From Vezdaea acicularis (Eukaryota): a DNA stretch of 48,421 nucleotides. Both the position numbers and the translations under genes were made by a program. Below, in pieces: positions 44,760 to 48,421 of the stretch; position 1 is the stretch's first letter; each line of letters opens with the position of its first letter. The stretch spans positions 1-48,421 of the forward strand of contig JAPEUI010000121.1 in assembly GCA_026025075.1 (NCBI GenBank), read 5' to 3'. The notes below the pieces were generated by a model. It had not been told where the DNA came from. It was given only the letters and a program-made list of their open reading frames with translations, and ran no database searches.

Positions 44760-47143
44760 ATGGGTAGCTTCCTCTTCAAGTGGTATGTCACGGACTTTAA
44801 TCAGATACCCCACTTCTCCACTTCGATGTGTCTCTCTGTAGTGTGCCAGATTTGCACTCGCATCTCCATGTCAAAGATTGTAGTTAGAAGCCTTTGGATT
44901 TGTACTAACCTGCTTTTTGTCATATAGGGAGCATCCTGCGAAGGATGTCCATGTAACTGGTACCTTCGATAACTGGGGGAAAACTGTGAGTCTAGAAAAG
45001 AAAGGGGACGTTTTCGAAAAGCTGGTCGAGTTACCCAATGCCGATGAGAAGTACTACTATAAGGTTAGTAAGGTTAATTTCAATTTCCTTGATTTGAACG
45101 ATGCCGCGATCCAGCATTATAGGATCATCCGGACTCGAATTCGGATTACTCCTCTGCCTGGTCTCGGCTTGTTTTCTTCAGCGGCAGTCGCAGATGGCAA
45201 AGCAGTTTGACAGAGGCGGAAGCTGCTCCGGCTCACGTGAGATTCTTTGGTGCCCCTGTGCCTCGTGCTTCTCATGCATCGTACTCGGGCTGGAACCTGC
45301 CACCATCCGCCTCGCTACACATTTAGCAATCGCGGCTCCTACCCCTCATATCTCACCCACATCTTGAGGAGTTTACTGCCCTTACTCTTTATCTCTATTT
45401 TCAAATCCTCATATTCACCATACTGACCCGTCTGCGGGATAGTTTGTAGTCGACGGTGACAACTGGGTCACTGATCATACGGCACCCCAAGAAAACGATC
45501 ATAACGGCAATTTGAACAACGTCCTGACGCCTGATCGTATTATAAAGAAGACGGCGGCGAATCATACAACTCCTGGGGCTGCCATCATGTCAGGTGTCAC
45601 TCCGACTTCAACGACGGCTAATCTAGCCAAAGACGTTCCCCTAGAGCCCAAACAAGACGCAAGTAGCGCTGCGATCTCATCTGCCACTCCAGGATCTACG
45701 ACTGCTCAGCTGGCAAAAGACGTACCGATCGAAGATCCTTCCATGCCAGGTGGCTTTCCTGAGACGCCTCAAGGAGAACCAAGTCAATTCTCCGTAGATC
45801 CCCTTCCAGCAACTGCTGGATCCGGCAACCCTGTCGACCTTGCTCCCGGCGAGAAGGTGCCTGACTCGAAAACACTTACCGAAAATACCACGACTTCCCT
45901 TGTCCGTGACGATCCTTCCCTAGCGAAGAGCGGCGGAGAGTCTCAAACTTTCGGTGTGGCTCCTCTGCCAGCTACTGCAGGTGCTGGTAACCCTATCCAC
46001 CTTAAACCTGGCGAAAAGGTCCCAGATACAAGCACTTTCACTGCTAACACCGTAAAATCTACTGCCACAACGGATAAGGAATCTTATGAAAAAGGTCCCT
46101 CACTCGGAGGGCCGCCAGTATTACCAGATGTTGTCACTCCCCAACAGGAGCGGGAAGCAAGGGGAGTGGGAATATTCGGCCTTCCTCCGATATCAAAGAA
46201 CATGATCCCCGAATCTAGTCTTCCTATAGGTTCGGACTCTACAGGAGCAGATCCTGGTGTCACAATCTCTTCCGCAGGTCCTCATAGCACTACTGCAGAT
46301 TTAGCAGGCGCCGTCCCTTTGGAACCGCAAGGAGCTGCAGCGGAAGTCCCTGATGTGGTTAAAGACAGTCAATTGGATGCAAACGCTCCACCCGAAGCTA
46401 GTGCCTCATCTGAAATGGTCAAGGAAAAGAGCGCTGTGGAGGCCGAACTGAAGAAAGAAGTTCCAGAAGAGCCTTCTACCTCTGACAACTCCACGAGTGC
46501 GAGCAAGGCTGCTGGGCTTGCGGCCGGTGGTGTTGTCACGGCAGGAGGGGCTGTAGCCGCTGCGACTTATGCTACGAAAGATAAAGCTTCCGAAGTCACA
46601 GGAATCGGCAAGTCGGAACCGGCCCCAACCTCAAGTCAAGTCGCTCCGGAAGTCCCTGAAGCGGTTGAAGAGTCTATAGAAAAAGCGAAGTGGGCTCCTG
46701 AGGCTGCAGCAAACGAAGAGGCGGTTTTGGAGAAGAGCGCAGTCGAGAATGAACTGTTGAAAACGGTGAAGACAGAACAGAGTACAGGAGAGCCTGCTCC
46801 GATGTACAAAACTGCCGATGCTCCAGCGAGTAACACTGGCCCTGAGTCAAAAGCTCCCCACACAACGGAACCAAAGGCATCCATTGCCGCCGAGCCTGTT
46901 GACTCGCGAGACGTCTCACCCATGTCTAAGCCCAATGCTCAACCACAGGCGTTGGATGCTACTGCGGTTCCGGCTGATGCGCCTACCAGCTCAACGCCAT
47001 CCCAACCCACGACCAAACCTTCTACTGAGAGTACTTCGAGTCCTGCCGATTCTGCTAGCCCAACGACGGATAAGAAATCGAAACGAAGGAGCATTTTCAA
47101 GAGACTGCAGGACAAATTCCACCATCACAAGGACGAAGCATGA
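44760..47143 (+). CDS. CBM48 (AMPK-beta-like glycogen-binding) protein, Mdg1/Crp1-like, ~619 aa; exons 44760-44782, 44928-45063, 45443-47143
   Basis: MGSFLFKW|EHPAKDVHVTGTFDNW..YYYK|FVVDGDNW..N..GNLNNVL; repetitive acidic tail; basic C-terminus KKSKRRSIFKRLQDKF. Confidence 0.9.
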
Positions 47144-47423
47144 TTTGAGCGTTGGGTCCTTGCCTCTACTTTTGCAGAATTTGCTTTGTACCGAATAACC
47201 CCTGGATTAATGTTGTTGATTGGTTCCCCTTTGTAGATAGCGTTAATGTCATTACTCATCCACGCATACACCCGTTCTATTCAAGCATACTGTTGTTTTA
47301 TATTACTCAGCCGCCCTCACCCTAGGCTAAGTCTAAGTAAGAAACACTCGCACCGCTATCTTTGATATTTGGAGTGGAATGAGTGCGATGACGCTGAATG
47401 AAACAACAAATCTGCAATAGAGA

Positions 47424-47862
47424 CTGAATCGAGAATTAGACCATGCGTCCTTCTGGCCCCCTACTTACCTCTATCTACGGGCTACTTCATCTAAGATATC
47501 TGAAGGCTTTCACACAAGATTGTGGCCTCGTTCTATTGTGCACACTGTAATTTGATATGAGACATCCCCGCTGCCGCACTTAGTATGTTTTCTAGACCTT
47601 GTGCTATTTTACCTTTATAGGTTTGCGTTCGCCTGAACGCCGGTAGATCAAGATGGATGAAGTCAATCCAAGAATCGCTGCAATGCGTTCAAATATAACA
47701 TCTATGGTGACAAGCCGTGGGCTACCTTCAATCGTAGTGATGGACTAGTATAAGGCCACCTTCGCCACCGCGAGGTGAGGTGAGTATTTATGTGATAGGG
47801 CATACATGCCTTGCGACAATAACCAAAAGGGTGGACGACAGCATGAGCAAATGCAAAAACAT
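47424..47862 (-). other. Possible spliced minus-strand transcript (small membrane protein gene or lncRNA)
   Basis: Consensus intron 47424-47468 (AG|GTAAGT..CTAAT..CAG) plus weaker introns 47571-47612 and 47745-47805 that keep a 90-aa frame open. Confidence 0.3.
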
Positions 47863-48041
47863 ATAAAATAGATTCAACCTGAACACTATCGGTACTAGTT
47901 ACGGCAACGGCTTGAGTGACAGTGGAAGAAAGCAAAAAATTCAATTACTTATGGGGACAGTCATCCAATGTTTAAACAAGCACATCAGTCGTTTTTTACA
48001 TGCCAGAGGACACCGATTACTACGTATTTGTGCCTATTGCT

Positions 48042-48094
48042 TGACCCTAACCCACTTGCTTCCACCTACTCGCTGTTTAGGGTCAGGGTCAGGG
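48042..48094. repeat. Inverted telomere-like motifs
   Basis: TGACCCTAA at 48042-48050 (continuing CCC) and its exact reverse complement TTAGGGTCA at 48077-48085, extending as TTAGGG-TCAGGG-TCAGGG. Confidence 0.55.
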
Positions 48095-48421
48095 CGAGAC
48101 GACAACACTTGCTTATAAGACGCAAAATTCGACGAATATTTACGTAAGCAATAAGCGAAGGGAGGAGCTACTTGCTGCATAGAACTGGCAATAAGATCAA
48201 AAGTTGAGCCTAAACGCTTGAAAAAGTTCATTTGCGCGTAGTGCAGGCATTGGTGACTGCATCAGTGCCCACGTTGGCGTTTAATTCCGCCCATTATACG
48301 GGCGGGAGGGTTAGGTTTAGTGGGTGGGACCACGTCGTCCGAGCCATGGCGGCCTAAGGCCACCGCGAGGTGGTGGAGGGTGGGCAGGGTCGTCGATTGG
48401 CCGCCCGTGCGTCAGCGAGCG

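Noticed and set aside
47462..47560. U1 snRNA resemblance (ACTTACCT, a TGCAC stretch, AATTTG)
   Set aside because: Spacing and stem-loops do not fit U1; ACTTACCT is better explained as a minus-strand 5' splice site.
48044..48053. Telomerase RNA template candidate ACCCTAACCC
   Set aside because: Register differs from the UAACCCUAA template I recall for filamentous fungi, and no pseudoknot or CR4/5 element was recognised.
1..48421. Transposons, CRISPR arrays, rRNA or a secondary-metabolite cluster
   Set aside because: No transposase/RT motifs, terminal repeats, spacer arrays, AT-rich RIP blocks or PKS/NRPS genes were seen.

Overview
Intron-containing genomic DNA from a filamentous ascomycete (Pezizomycotina; species not identifiable from sequence alone). 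I resolved 16 protein-coding genes by hand-splicing 27 GT-AG introns, and every model has a length divisible by 3. In order: DUF202 membrane protein, Cys-rich secreted protein, ZIP transporter (YKE4), DUF1996+2xWSC protein, coiled-coil protein with GM130/Bug1-like termini, small LAMTOR3-like roadblock candidate, 639-aa unknown, GT2 glycosyltransferase, TEN1, SNF7, FHL1-type forkhead/FHA factor, C2H2 + fungal-TF-domain factor, BTN1, SPF27, PKA regulatory subunit, and a CBM48 Mdg1/Crp1-like protein. No tRNA, rRNA, transposon or CRISPR array was recognised. Best leads: (i) an intronless pkaR whose weak first AUG and strong in-frame second AUG could give isoforms with and without the D/D domain; (ii) a possible Ragulator subunit head-to-head with a probable golgin; (iii) a cryptic spliced minus-strand transcript with telomere-like motifs upstream at the window end; (iv) a possible pore-forming secreted protein. 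Family assignments come from motif recognition and memory, not database searches.
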